Of a stretch of DNA of 64,000 bases, positions 1 to 9,761 are shown piece after piece. The number at the start of each line of letters is the position of its first letter. Position 1 is the stretch's first letter. The notes under the pieces are model-generated. The model was not told the origin of the DNA. It ran no database searches and was given only the letters and a program-made list of their open reading frames with translations. Source of the DNA: an uncultured delta proteobacterium (lineage in GTDB: Bacteria; Desulfobacterota; Syntrophia; Syntrophales; Fen-1087); contig CAVPWE010000005.1 in NCBI GenBank assembly GCA_963709485.1, positions 207,608 to 271,607 of the forward strand, in the 5' to 3' direction. The position numbers and the translations under genes were made by a program.

Positions 1-1008
1 TGCTGGGGCTTTCGGACCGGCGCTTTCTTTTCTCCCTGTCCGAAGCCGTGCTGGCGCGAGACGCGGGCAAGTGCCTGCAGATCGTCGAGGAGGGGTATTA
101 CGCCGGCCTGGACATGAAGCATTTCCATGAAACGCTGCTCGGTCACTTCCGGAACCTGCTGCTGACAAAGATCCTCGGCGGGGATAAGGATTTTCTGGAC
201 GTGGCGGACGACGACCGCGCCAGGCTCATGGCGCAGGCGGAAGTCATCCCGCGGGAAACGCTGCAGCGCCTACTGGACATTCTGATGGCGGAAGAGGAGA
301 ACATCCGGCGGAGCCAGAACCCGACGGATCAACCTGGAAACCACCCTTCTGAAAATGGCCTACCTCGAGCCCATGATCCCGATCGATGAGGTCCTTTCGA
401 AGATGGAGGGCCTGGAAAAAAGGCTGTCGGCGAACCCGGGCATGCCGCCCGTTCCCGGAATGCCCGGGAAGACCGGAAAGGCGGCGCCTGAAAAGGCCGC
501 AACGAAAACGCTTTCGGACCGCCCGTCGGAAGCAAAGACCGCCTTCGAGGAACCGGCGAAGAGGGAAACGGCAACGGAGCACGGGATCGGCGAAAGCCGG
601 GATCCGGAAAAACTCTGGGAGGATTACCGGTCCTTCCTGAAAAAGAAAAGCCCCCGGCTCTGGTCAAAAATCGAACCGGGCAAATGGCTCGGCTTCGAAT
701 CGGGGCGGCTGAGGATCGGCTTTCAGAAGGGATACATCTTCCTCGACGACATCAGCGAGAAGACGCAACGGTCCCGCCTTCTCGAAATCACCCGGGATTA
801 CTTCAAGAAGGACGTTTCCGTCGACATCGAAATCATGGAACCGGACCCGGAAAGCGCGCCTCCGAATCCCGCGGACAACGGAAGAAACGGCAGCAACGGC
901 GAAATCCGAAGACAGGCCCTGAACCAGCCCCTTCTGCAGAAGGTTCTCGACATATTCGAGGGCGCGGAGGTCCGCGAGGTCATTCTCACGGACCCCCTTC
1001 CGTCCTGA
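1..1008 (+). CDS. dnaX: DNA polymerase III subunit tau/gamma, C-terminal part. The 5' end lies outside the window and the frame is broken by one extra base near 324.
   Basis: The frame from base 3 reads LGLSDRRFLFSLSEAVLARD...EENIRRSQNP. The sequence continues as (R)INLETTLLKMAYLEPMIPIDEV only after skipping one base around 324. It sits in the conserved dnaX-ybaB-recR order. Confidence 0.85.
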
Positions 1009-1058
1009 GCGCACGGCGTTCCGGCGCACCCACAACAAATTAAGGAGGTCTTCGATCC

Positions 1059-1370
1059 GTGCAGAATTTTGGAAACATCATGAAACAGGCAAAGAAGCTT
1101 CAGGAAAGAATGGCCCAGCTTCAGGACCAACTGGCGCTCAAAACCGTGGAAGCCTCGGCGGGCGGCGGCATGGTCTCCGTGCTGGTCAACGGCAAACACG
1201 AACTCGTCTCGCTGAAGATCGACCGGGAAGTGGTGAATCCGGACGACCTGGACATGCTCCAGGACCTGATCATCGCGGCGGTCAACGAAGGGGTCCGGAA
1301 GGCGCAGGAGATGGCCACGGCGGAGATGGCCAAAATCACCGGCGGCCTGAGCATCCCCGGGCTCTCCTGA
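1059..1370 (+). CDS. ybaB: YbaB/EbfC family nucleoid-associated DNA-binding protein
   Basis: 103 aa with the family-typical N-terminus MQNFGNIMKQAKKLQERMAQLQ. An AGGAGG sits 10 nt upstream of the GTG start. Located between dnaX and recR. Confidence 0.9.
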   Translation: MQNFGNIMKQAKKLQERMAQLQDQLALKTVEASAGGGMVSVLVNGKHELVSLKIDREVVNPDDLDMLQDLIIAAVNEGVRKAQEMATAEMAKITGGLSIPGLS

Positions 1371-1416
1371 GCGGCCCTGAAACCTCTTCCCAAGCGACGA
1401 CAAGGAACCCCGCACG

Positions 1417-2016
1417 ATGACAGGTTATGCGCTCCCCATCAAACGCCTGATCCAGGAACTCGGCCGTCTCCCGGGTATCGGCGAGAAAACGGCCACAAGG
1501 CTGGCCACCCACATCCTCCGCCTTTCCGGGGAGGACGCCGGACGCCTGGCGGAAAGCATTCTGGAAGTCAAACGGAGGATCCGGCTTTGCTCCCTCTGCT
1601 TCAACCTGGCCGAGGGCGACCGCTGCGAAATCTGCGGCGACGCCTCCCGGGACCGGGAAGTGATCTGCATCGTGGAAGAGCCGGACGCGCTGATTGCCAT
1701 TGAAGACAGCGGCAGCTTCAGGGGGATTTACCATGTCCTCCACGGGGTTCTGGCCCCGCTGGACGGCATCGGTCCGGAACACCTGCGGCTGCAGGCGCTG
1801 GTCGACCGGATCCGGCGGGACGGGATCAGGGAAATCATCCTGGCGACGAACCCCAGCGTCCAGGGCGAATCCACCGCCCTGCTCATCATGAGGATGGTCC
1901 GGGATATGCCGGTCAAGGTCAGCCGGATCGCGCTCGGCGTGCCCGTCGGCGGGGACCTGAAGTACATCGACCGCATGACCCTGGCCAAGTCCCTCGAATA
2001 CCGGCGGGGGATGTAG
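1417..2016 (+). CDS. recR: Recombination protein RecR
   Basis: 199 aa. Contains the HhH motif [13 protein letters not shown], the Cys4 zinc finger CSLCFNL...CEICGD and a Toprim region. Confidence 0.95.
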   Translation: MTGYALPIKRLIQELGRLPGIGEKTATRLATHILRLSGEDAGRLAESILEVKRRIRLCSLCFNLAEGDRCEICGDASRDREVICIVEEPDALIAIEDSGSFRGIYHVLHGVLAPLDGIGPEHLRLQALVDRIRRDGIREIILATNPSVQGESTALLIMRMVRDMPVKVSRIALGVPVGGDLKYIDRMTLAKSLEYRRGM

Positions 2017-2020
2017 CCCC

Positions 2021-2872
2021 ATGAACCCCGTCCGGGAGATTGCCTGCCCGATCATCACGGCCGCCGTCCGGCGGCTCTTCATCGAAGCCAACACAGAGCT
2101 GGGCCCGGACGTGACGATTTCGCTCGCGCGGGCCAGGGCCTCGGAAACGTCCGTTCTGGGTCGATACGTCCTGGACCGGATCCTTGAAAACGCGGAGATC
2201 GCCGCGCAGGACCGCATGCCGCTCTGCCAGGACACGGGGCTGGCCATCGTTTTTGCCGAGGTCGGGCAGGACGTGCACGTGACCGGCGGCGACTTCAGGG
2301 ACGCCGTTCAGGAAGGCGTCCGGCAGGCCTACGAGGAGGGATTCCTCCGCAAATCGATCTGCGACCCCTTCACCCGCCGGAACACCGGCGACAACACGCC
2401 GGCCATTATCCACACCGAGATCGTCCCGGGCCGGCAGATCCGGGTCGCGGTCATGCCCAAGGGCGGCGGCAGCGAAAACATGAGCGGCGTCGCCATGCTG
2501 GTCCCGGCGGCGGGATGGGAAGGCGTCAAGGGATATGTCATCGGCCGGGTCGCCGAGGCGGGGCCGAACCCCTGCCCGCCCACCGTGATCGGCGTGGGCA
2601 TCGGCGGCGACATCGAAACGGCGGCGATCCTGGCGAAGAAAGCCCTGCTCCGGCCGCTGGGTGAAAAAAACCGGCGGGATCCCCGCCTGGCGAGGCTGGA
2701 GGAGGAACTGCTGGCGGAAATCAACGGGCTGGGCATCGGCCCCCAGGGATACGGCGGCAAAACCACCGCCCTGGCCGTGCACGCCGAGATGATGCCCTGC
2801 CACATCGCGAGTCTTCCCGTGGCCGTCAACATCCAGTGCCATGCCGTGCGTCACAAAGAGACCCTCATTTGA
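2021..2872 (+). CDS. Fe-S type hydro-lyase alpha subunit (class I fumarate hydratase / tartrate dehydratase family)
   Basis: 283 aa. Contains the motifs MPLCQDTG, MPKGGGSENMS and IGVGIGG, typical of the N-terminal domain of class I fumarases. Confidence 0.85.
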   Translation: MNPVREIACPIITAAVRRLFIEANTELGPDVTISLARARASETSVLGRYVLDRILENAEIAAQDRMPLCQDTGLAIVFAEVGQDVHVTGGDFRDAVQEGVRQAYEEGFLRKSICDPFTRRNTGDNTPAIIHTEIVPGRQIRVAVMPKGGGSENMSGVAMLVPAAGWEGVKGYVIGRVAEAGPNPCPPTVIGVGIGGDIETAAILAKKALLRPLGEKNRRDPRLARLEEELLAEINGLGIGPQGYGGKTTALAVHAEMMPCHIASLPVAVNIQCHAVRHKETLI

Positions 2873-2891
2873 GAGACGGAGGCCGGATACC

Positions 2892-3437
2892 TTGAAAAAG
2901 CCCGTGGACATTCGGACCCCCCTGAACATCGACATCTGCAGGAGCCTCCGCGCCGGAGACCGCGTTTTTTTGAGCGGGGAGATCTACACGGGCCGCGACG
3001 TTGCGCACCGCCGCCTCTTCGAAATGCTGCAACGGGGCGAGACCCTGCCCATCGACATTGCGGGCGAGACCCTGTTCTATGCCGCCCCGACACCGGCCCG
3101 CCCGGGGCGCGTCATCGGCGCCATCGGGCCGACGACCAGCTACCGGATGGACGCCTACACCCCGGCCCTGATCGAACGGGGATTGCGGGGCATGATCGGC
3201 AAGGGAAAGCGATCGCCGGAGGTCATCGAAGCGATCGGGAAACACGGGGCCGTCTACTTCGGCGCCATCGGCGGCATCGCCGCCCTGACATCGCGGTGCG
3301 TCAAAAGGGCCGTCGTGGCAGCCTATGAAGACCTGGGGCCGGAGGCCGTCATGCGGCTGGAAGTCGACCGCATGCCCCTGATCGTCGTCAACGATGCTCA
3401 AGGCGGGGACCTGTACCGGGATCTCGCGGAACAATAG
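2892..3437 (+). CDS. Fe-S type hydro-lyase beta subunit (class I fumarate hydratase / tartrate dehydratase family)
   Basis: The ORF is open from 2841. I prefer the TTG at 2892, which has a GGAGG 10 nt upstream and lies after the alpha-subunit stop. Contains the motifs GDRVFLSGEIYTGRDVAHRR and GPTTSYRMD. Confidence 0.8.
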   Translation: MKKPVDIRTPLNIDICRSLRAGDRVFLSGEIYTGRDVAHRRLFEMLQRGETLPIDIAGETLFYAAPTPARPGRVIGAIGPTTSYRMDAYTPALIERGLRGMIGKGKRSPEVIEAIGKHGAVYFGAIGGIAALTSRCVKRAVVAAYEDLGPEAVMRLEVDRMPLIVVNDAQGGDLYRDLAEQ

Positions 3438-3565
3438 GAGTTCAAGCACAGAAAGATGGGCGCACCGGGGCAACGCGCAACGCGGCGGCAGCCCGACGCC
3501 GAAACGTCCGGGAATGCCCTTCCGATCCCTCTCGCAAGCTTCTCAACCTGCTGTTAATTTTGCTG

Positions 3566-3594
3566 TTGACATGGAATATAAATTCAACTATGAG
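3566..3594 (+). promoter_or_regulatory. Putative sigma70 promoter of the OFOR operon
   Basis: TTGACA (3566-3571), a 17-nt spacer, then TATGAG (3589-3594). It lies about 70 nt upstream of the first OFOR gene. Confidence 0.45.
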
Positions 3595-3664
3595 AGGGCG
3601 TCTCGATTCGGACATCTTGAACACATCAGCGACGCAGTAATCCAAAAGACGGGAGAAAAATCAA

Positions 3665-4213
3665 ATGATTGAAGTAAGGTGGCATGGAAGGGGCGGCCAG
3701 GGTGCGGTGACCTCCGTGGAACTGCTTGCCCTGGCGGCGATCGAGGAGGGAAAGTATGCCCAGGGCTTCCCCGCATTCGGGCCCGAACGCCGGGGCGCGC
3801 CGGTCATGGCCTATAACCGGGTATCCGAAAAGCCGATCAAGATTCGTTCCGGCATCTACCATCCCGACGTTGTGGTTGTTCTCGATCCGAGCCTCATCGG
3901 CCTGGTCAATGTCACGGACGGCCTGAAGCCCGGGGGGCTCCTGGTGATCAATACGGCCAAGCCGGAAAAGGAGATCCGGGAGAAGCTGAACTATGCCGGC
4001 AGGCTCGCCACGGTCGACGCAACGCATATCGCCCGGGAGGAACTGGGCGTCCCCATCGCCAATACGACCATGCTGGGGGCGGTGCTTAAGGTAACAAAGA
4101 TCCTGAAATTCGAGTCCCTCAACGCCCCGATCGAAGAACGCTTCGGCCGGATCGCCTTCAAAAATGAAAAGGCTTTGAAGCGGGCCTACAACGACGTCAA
4201 AATATCCAAGTAA
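3665..4213 (+). CDS. 2-oxoacid:ferredoxin oxidoreductase gamma subunit
   Basis: 182 aa beginning MIEVRWHGRGGQGAVTS, the signature start of the Por/Vor/Kor gamma subunit. Confidence 0.9.
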   Translation: MIEVRWHGRGGQGAVTSVELLALAAIEEGKYAQGFPAFGPERRGAPVMAYNRVSEKPIKIRSGIYHPDVVVVLDPSLIGLVNVTDGLKPGGLLVINTAKPEKEIREKLNYAGRLATVDATHIAREELGVPIANTTMLGAVLKVTKILKFESLNAPIEERFGRIAFKNEKALKRAYNDVKISK

Positions 4214-4232
4214 AAAATATTGAGGTGTGCCC

Positions 4233-4526
4233 ATGAAACAGAAGAAATGGCCGGAAGCCTGGCACGAAGTGAACCCGGGTTGCATCGTTTTCACCCCGGG
4301 AAGCGCCAGTACGTATAAGACGGGCAGCTGGCGGGCCCAGCGCCCCCTCTGGGACAACAAGAAATGCATCAAATGCGGCATCTGCTACATCTTCTGCCCG
4401 GAAGCCTGCATTTCCGAGACCGCTGAAGGTTTTTTCGAGGCGAACCTGGACTACTGCAAGGGCTGCGGGATCTGCGCCCATGAATGCTGGCCCCGGGCGA
4501 TCGCCATGGCCGAGGAGGAGGTGTAG
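4233..4526 (+). CDS. 2-oxoacid:ferredoxin oxidoreductase delta subunit (2x[4Fe-4S] ferredoxin)
   Basis: Contains CIKCGICYIFCPE and CKGCGICAHECW cluster motifs. The ATG at 4233 follows GAGGTG; the ORF track starts at a GTG at 4227. Confidence 0.85.
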   Translation: MKQKKWPEAWHEVNPGCIVFTPGSASTYKTGSWRAQRPLWDNKKCIKCGICYIFCPEACISETAEGFFEANLDYCKGCGICAHECWPRAIAMAEEEV

Positions 4527-4527
4527 T

Positions 4528-5691
4528 ATGGGCAAACGCGTAGGAATGGAAGTCGGGATCGCGGCGGCGGAGGCCGTCGGTTTATGCAATATCGATGTGG
4601 CGGCGGTGTATCCGATCACCCCCCAGTCTCACATTGCGGAGCACCTTTCGGACATCGTCCATGACGGCCGGATCGATGCGGAGTTCATCACCGTCGAATC
4701 GGAGCATTCATCGATCAGCGCCTGCGCGGGCGCCTCAGCGGCAGGCGCCCGGGTTTATACGGCCACCAGTTCCCAGGGACTGATGTACATGCATGAGGTA
4801 CTGCCCATCGTTTCTGCGATGAGGCTGCCCGTGGTCATGGGCAATGCCAACCGAGCCATTGCCGGTCCACTGAACATCTGGAACGATCATTCGGACATCA
4901 TGAACCAGCGTGACTGCGGCTGGATCGTCATGCATGCCGAGAACGGCCAGGAAGTGATCGATATGACCATCCAGTCCTTCAAAATCGCGGAACACCCCGA
5001 CGTCATGCTTCCGACGGTCCTTAATATGGACGGATTCCAGTTGACCCACATGATCGAGCCCCTCGAATTTCCTACCCAGGAAGAGGTGAATGCCTTTCTA
5101 CCCGATCGGGTTCCCTATGCCACCCTCCATCCGGATAAGCCCCTCTCCATGGGGTGTTTCAATATGCCCGAAATCTTTACGGAGACGATGAAGGTTAAGG
5201 ATACGGCCCTGATCAACTCCAAGAAGACGATCATCAAGATCTGGAAGGAATGGGGTAAACAGTTCGGACGGTACTACAAACCGGTGGAAACCTACAAGAG
5301 CAAAGGGGCGGAAACGCTGATTCTGACGATGGGCTCCATGGGAGAAACGGCGTCGGTTGCTGTGGATGAACTGCGCAAAAAGGGCAAGCCCGTTGGTCTG
5401 GTGAAGCTGAGACTATGGCGGCCCTTCCCCCTCGATGAACTCCGGGACGCAATCAAAGGCTGCAAGACCCTGATCGTCATGGATCGCGCCGTCTCCTTCG
5501 GCGGTGTTGGCGGACCCATGGCCACGGAAATCAAGTCGCTTATTTTCCATGACAAGGAAAGACCGCGGATCCTCGATTTTATTATGGGTCTCGGCGGCCG
5601 CGACGTGACGGTGGAAGACTTCATCTCCATGGTCGAGCGGGCCGGAAAGAAGAAAGATGAAACCTATGAATTTTACGGGGTGAGAGAATGA
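4528..5691 (+). CDS. 2-oxoacid:ferredoxin oxidoreductase alpha subunit
   Basis: Begins MGKRVGMEVGIAAAEAV and contains AAVYPITPQSHIAE. The ATG at 4528 lies just after the delta-subunit stop. Confidence 0.9.
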   Translation: MGKRVGMEVGIAAAEAVGLCNIDVAAVYPITPQSHIAEHLSDIVHDGRIDAEFITVESEHSSISACAGASAAGARVYTATSSQGLMYMHEVLPIVSAMRLPVVMGNANRAIAGPLNIWNDHSDIMNQRDCGWIVMHAENGQEVIDMTIQSFKIAEHPDVMLPTVLNMDGFQLTHMIEPLEFPTQEEVNAFLPDRVPYATLHPDKPLSMGCFNMPEIFTETMKVKDTALINSKKTIIKIWKEWGKQFGRYYKPVETYKSKGAETLILTMGSMGETASVAVDELRKKGKPVGLVKLRLWRPFPLDELRDAIKGCKTLIVMDRAVSFGGVGGPMATEIKSLIFHDKERPRILDFIMGLGGRDVTVEDFISMVERAGKKKDETYEFYGVRE

Positions 5692-6642
5692 TGAATACCG
5701 TCCAGAATTTTGAGATATTCGCGCCCAAGCTGATTGAAAAGAGAGAGCTCTTCAGCCCGGGGCATCGCGCCTGCCAGGGATGCGGCGAGGTCCTGGCCCT
5801 GCGGCTGATCATGAAGGCCCTGGGGGAGGACGTCGTGGTTTCCAACGCCACGGGGTGCATGGAGATCATCTCCACCGCCTATCCCCACACCGCCTGGGAA
5901 ACGCCCTACATCCACGTGGCCTTTCGAAAACGCCGCGGCGGTCGGCTCCGGCGTGGAGGCGGGCCTGAAGGCCCTGAGGCGCAAAGGCAAGATCGCCGAC
6001 CGGGACGTGAAGTCCGTGGCCATCGCCGGCGACGGCGGCACGGTGGATATCGGCCTGCAGGCCCTTTCCGGGGCGATGGAGCGGGGGCATGACCTGGTCT
6101 TTTTCTGCCTTGACAACGAGGCCTACATGAACACGGGGATCCAGCGCTCCAGCGCGACGCCCTTCATGGCCGCGACCACCACCTCCCCCGCGGGAAAATC
6201 CATCAAGGGGCAACGGACGGGCAAGAAGAACGTGGCCGAAATCATGGTCGCCCACAACGTCCCCTACGTCGCCACGGCCTGTCCGAGCTACCCGCTGGAC
6301 CTCATGGCCAAGGTGGAAAAAGCCAAGAAAACAAAGGGTCCCGCCTATGTCCACGTCTATACCGTTTGCCCCACGGGATGGCGCGCGCCCTCCGAGCAGA
6401 CGATCAAGCTGGGCCGCATGGTCGTGGAAACGGGCATCTTCCCCCTCTACGAGGTCGAAAACGGCAAGTACCGGCTGACGATGGAGACTCCCGAGCCGCG
6501 TCGGCCCGTCAACGATTATCTGAAGCTGCAGGGACGCTTCCGGCACCTGGACCCCGCGGATGTGGCCAAGGTGCAGGCCCTGGTGGACCTCGAATACCGC
6601 AAACTGATGCACAAGGTGAAGACTTCCGCCGCCTGGTCATGA
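5688..6642 (+). CDS. 2-oxoacid:ferredoxin oxidoreductase beta subunit (TPP-binding); frame broken by one extra base near 5925
   Basis: The first fragment reads GHRACQGCGE...PYIHVAF. The sequence ENAAAVGSGVEAGLKALRRKG...GDGGTVDIG continues in the +1 frame. The ATGA overlap with the alpha subunit indicates an operon. Confidence 0.85.
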
Positions 6643-6690
6643 GGCGGGTGGAGCGACATCACATCAAAAACAGGATAAGGTGGCTTAAGC

Positions 6691-8610
6691 ATGAAGACAG
6701 TCGCATTTAGCAGTTGGAACGGCAAGATTGTGGATAACCGGAAAGGCGAAACGGCAAAAACTGCGAAAACCGGGCTGAAAATTCCAGAACAGATCGCGGG
6801 TAAGAACATCGCCGCCCTGATGGGATGGAACGGTCTGGTGGTCATGGACCCGAAGGCGGACATTCCGTCTCTCGCCGTCGCCTACCTGAAGGAGGCCAGA
6901 AAACTGTCCTGCGGAGAGTGTTCCGTCTGCATGATCGGCATCGACCGCGTTCTCGACATTCTCGGCGGCATGAACGCAGGCCGGGGAACGAAGCAGGATC
7001 TCCAGGAGATCGAAACCGTCGCGAAGGGAGTGGCCGCCAACGGCAAGTGCAACTTCGGCCGCGCCGCCGCCCTGACGCCCGTTCTGGACGCCGTCAAATA
7101 TTTCAGAGCCGCTTTCGCCGCGCCGGCCGGGAAAAAGTCAAATCCGGACGCCAAAACCTACCAGGCTGCCGTTTCCGCGCCCTGCATGCAGGCCTGCCCG
7201 GCCGGTCTGGATATCCCCGGATACATCGAGCTGATCCGGAACAACCGCTTCGGCGAATCCCTGAACCTGATCCGGGAGCGCTGCATTCTCCCCGGCGTGA
7301 TCGGCCGCGCCTGCACGCATCCCTGCGAGGACGCCTGCGTCCGCAACGGGACGGACGAACCGCTGGCCATCCGCCTGCTCAAGCGGGCGGCGGCGGATGC
7401 GGATCTGCAGGGGGGCGCCTCCGCACTGAGCGCACCGGCTGCGGAGAAGCAGGACAAGGTCGCCGTCATCGGCGCCGGTCCGGCCGGCTTGGCGGCAGCC
7501 TATCATCTGCGCCGGCTGGGCTATCCGGTGACCGTCTTCGAGGCGCTGCCCCGCGCCGGCGGCATGGCGACCGTCGGGATCCCCGATTACCGGCTGCCCA
7601 AGGACATCCTGAACCATGAAGTGGACCTGATCAAGCGGACGGGCGTCGAGATCCGATACAACAGCAAGCTCGAAAAGCTCGACTGGCCCGACCTGAAGAA
7701 ACAGGGGTTCCGGGCGCTTTTCCTTGCCATCGGCGCCCATGTGGGAACGAAAGTCGGCTGTGAGGGCGAAGAGATGGGATACGACGGCTTCGTCCAGGGG
7801 GCCGAGTTCCTGAGGCAGTTCAGCCTCGGGACCAAAGTCGAACCGAAAAAGAAAGTCGTCATTGTCGGCGGCGGCAACGTGGCGCTCGACTGCGCCCGCA
7901 GCTGCGCCAGGCTCGGCTTCAAGGAAGTGGAGATTCTCTACCGGCGCTCCCGCGCGGAAATGCCGGCCAGCAAGGAGGAGATCCGGGAAGCCGAAGAGGA
8001 GGGCGTCACCTTCAATTTCCTGAAAGCCCCCGTGAAAATCCTTGCCAAAGACGGCAGGGTCACCGGGCTGGAATACCTCCGGATGAAGCTGGGCGAACCG
8101 GACGAGAGCGGCCGGCGGCGGCCCGTTCCGGTCAAGGGTTCGGAGGCGTCCATGTCTGCGGACATGGTGATCGCCGCAACCGGCCAGAAATCGGACCTGG
8201 CCCTCTTTTCCGGAAAGGACCCCGTGGCGACCACAGGCTGGGGTTCCATCAAAACGGATCCGGTCACCTATAAAACCAACGTGGAAGGAATCTTCGCCGG
8301 CGGCGACTGCGTCAGCGGCCCGGCCACCCTGATCGAAGCCCTGAATGCCGGGAACAAGGTTGCGCAGAGCATCGACTGCGCCCTGCAGGGAAAAGCCTAC
8401 GCGGATGCGAACGCTTTTTCGGGAATCGATACGGCCGAGCAGCGGGATTCCGGCTACGTCCGCGAACAGGGCGCGAAGAAGACCCGCTTCCTCGACGCAG
8501 ACCGGCGGCTCAAGGGAATGGCCGAGGTTGAAGGAGGCTTCAGCGCCGGAGAGGCCATGGCCGAAGCGGGGCGATGCCTGCGTTGCTACCGGCTGATGGT
8601 CTGGGAATAA
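6691..8610 (+). CDS. NAD(P)H-dependent flavin oxidoreductase: a NuoF-C-terminal-like 4Fe-4S domain fused to a GltD/SudA-like module
   Basis: The N-terminus carries SCGECSVCMIG...GKCNFG, the NuoF-type cluster pattern. This is followed by CMQACPAG...CTHPCEDAC and the dinucleotide fold VAVIGAGPAGLAAA, plus VVIVGGGNVALD. Confidence 0.8.
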   Translation: MKTVAFSSWNGKIVDNRKGETAKTAKTGLKIPEQIAGKNIAALMGWNGLVVMDPKADIPSLAVAYLKEARKLSCGECSVCMIGIDRVLDILGGMNAGRGTKQDLQEIETVAKGVAANGKCNFGRAAALTPVLDAVKYFRAAFAAPAGKKSNPDAKTYQAAVSAPCMQACPAGLDIPGYIELIRNNRFGESLNLIRERCILPGVIGRACTHPCEDACVRNGTDEPLAIRLLKRAAADADLQGGASALSAPAAEKQDKVAVIGAGPAGLAAAYHLRRLGYPVTVFEALPRAGGMATVGIPDYRLPKDILNHEVDLIKRTGVEIRYNSKLEKLDWPDLKKQGFRALFLAIGAHVGTKVGCEGEEMGYDGFVQGAEFLRQFSLGTKVEPKKKVVIVGGGNVALDCARSCARLGFKEVEILYRRSRAEMPASKEEIREAEEEGVTFNFLKAPVKILAKDGRVTGLEYLRMKLGEPDESGRRRPVPVKGSEASMSADMVIAATGQKSDLALFSGKDPVATTGWGSIKTDPVTYKTNVEGIFAGGDCVSGPATLIEALNAGNKVAQSIDCALQGKAYADANAFSGIDTAEQRDSGYVREQGAKKTRFLDADRRLKGMAEVEGGFSAGEAMAEAGRCLRCYRLMVWE

Positions 8611-8641
8611 AAAAAATCTTCTGATATTGAAAGGGATTCAA

Positions 8642-9349
8642 ATGGTAGACATCACGATAGACGGGAAAAAGGTACAGGCCAGGGAAGGCTCTACCGTTCT
8701 GGAGAATATCCGGGACCTTAGAATCGACATGCCGACCCTCTGCTATCACAAGGAACTGGTTCCCTTCGGCGCCTGCCGCCTCTGCACCGTGGAGATCCGG
8801 GCAAACGGCAAGGGCCGGCTCACAACCGCCTGCGACTGCCCTGTGAAACCCGGTCTGGAGATCGACACCGCTTCGGAGCCGGCCCGGGAGGCCCGAAAAC
8901 TCGCGGCTGCCCTGCTGGCCTACAAGTATCCGGGCACCGCGGCGGTTCGCGAGATTGCGCTGAGGCTGGGCGTTGCCGTCGCGCCGGCAGCTGCCGAGGC
9001 GCACGACTGCATCCTCTGCGGGCTATGCACGCGGACCTGCAAGGACATCGTGGGCGTCTCCGCCCTGAAGTTCCAGGACCGGGGGCCGGGCCGGAACGTG
9101 GAAAACCCGAAAATCGAATTCATCGCCGCCAACTGCATCGGCTGCGGGTCCTGCGCTTATGTCTGCCCGACGGGTTTCGTGCGAATGGAGAGCACGGAAG
9201 ACAAGCGCATGATCTGGAACAAGGTCTTCAAGATGGCCGCCTGCGATGTCTGCGGACGCTATTTCGCGCCTGTCGAACAACTGGAATACATCAGCCGGAT
9301 GACCGGCGTGGCGGCAAGCAGTCTCTCCACCTGCGTCAGCTGCCGTTAG
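8642..9349 (+). CDS. NuoG/HydA N-terminal-like [2Fe-2S] plus 2x[4Fe-4S] ferredoxin protein
   Basis: Begins MVDITIDGKKVQAREGSTVLE and contains CYHKELVPFGACRLCTVEI (2Fe-2S). Also contains CILCGLCTRTC and CIGCGSCAYVCP. Confidence 0.8.
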   Translation: MVDITIDGKKVQAREGSTVLENIRDLRIDMPTLCYHKELVPFGACRLCTVEIRANGKGRLTTACDCPVKPGLEIDTASEPAREARKLAAALLAYKYPGTAAVREIALRLGVAVAPAAAEAHDCILCGLCTRTCKDIVGVSALKFQDRGPGRNVENPKIEFIAANCIGCGSCAYVCPTGFVRMESTEDKRMIWNKVFKMAACDVCGRYFAPVEQLEYISRMTGVAASSLSTCVSCR

Positions 9350-9379
9350 GAAAACTTTTTGCTTTTTTCAAGACCGCTC

Positions 9380-9408
9380 TTGACATCCGGGCGGTCTTGC
9401 CTTATATA
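9380..9408 (+). promoter_or_regulatory. Putative sigma70 promoter for tRNA-Asn
   Basis: TTGACA (9380-9385), a 17-nt spacer, then TATATA (9403-9408). It lies 22 nt upstream of the tRNA 5' end. Confidence 0.5.
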
Positions 9409-9429
9409 GGCACGCTCATAATCAAATGT

Positions 9430-9505
9430 TCCTCAGTAGCTCAGTCGGTAGAGCAGATGGCTGTTAACCATCGGGTCCGTGGTTCGAGTCCGCGCTGAGG
9501 AGCCA
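9430..9505 (+). tRNA. tRNA-Asn (anticodon GTT), CCA encoded
   Basis: Cloverleaf read by eye. The acceptor stem is TCCTCAG/CTGAGGA, the D-arm is AGCTCAGTCGGTAGAGC, the anticodon loop is CTGTTAA and the T-arm is GGTTCGAGTCC. The 3' end is GCCA. Confidence 0.9.
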
Positions 9506-9514
9506 GTAAATCAA

Positions 9515-9550
9515 AGGGGTTAGCCGATTCAAGGCTAACCCCTTATTATT
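9515..9550 (+). terminator. Rho-independent terminator after tRNA-Asn
   Basis: An 11-bp stem AGGGGTTAGCC/GGCTAACCCCT with a 7-nt loop, followed by TATTATT. Confidence 0.7.
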
Positions 9551-9761
9551 AACAATGCCTTTTTGTCCCCATCCTGTTCCCACTTTGATACGATCAATTC
9601 CCCTCAATACGCCATGATGAACGTCCGGATTTCGCTCCACGCCGATACTGGCGACAAGTTTCCAAGAATCCGCGCGTTGATATTCCGCAGCAAGCGACGG
9701 ACGCATTGCAGATATCATTTCTGCTGGCATCCTGATCCGCGTCCAACTCGTAGACCATGCA

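Noticed and set aside
300-389. The dnaX frame break read as a programmed tau/gamma frameshift.
   Set aside because: There is no slippery heptamer or A-run at the site (CCGACGGATC). Full-length tau would need a +1 event. The zero-frame product would end inside the last helix of domain III (before LLKMAYLEP), unlike a functional gamma. Many other genes in the window carry similar lesions.
9551-9761. A possible integrase remnant next to tRNA-Asn. The minus frame reads ...MPAEMISAMRPSLAAEYQRADSWKLVASIG..., vaguely like the AAYRR.D C-terminal region of P4-type integrases.
   Set aside because: The resemblance is too weak. There is no H-x-x-R or catalytic Tyr context, and no ORF continuity.
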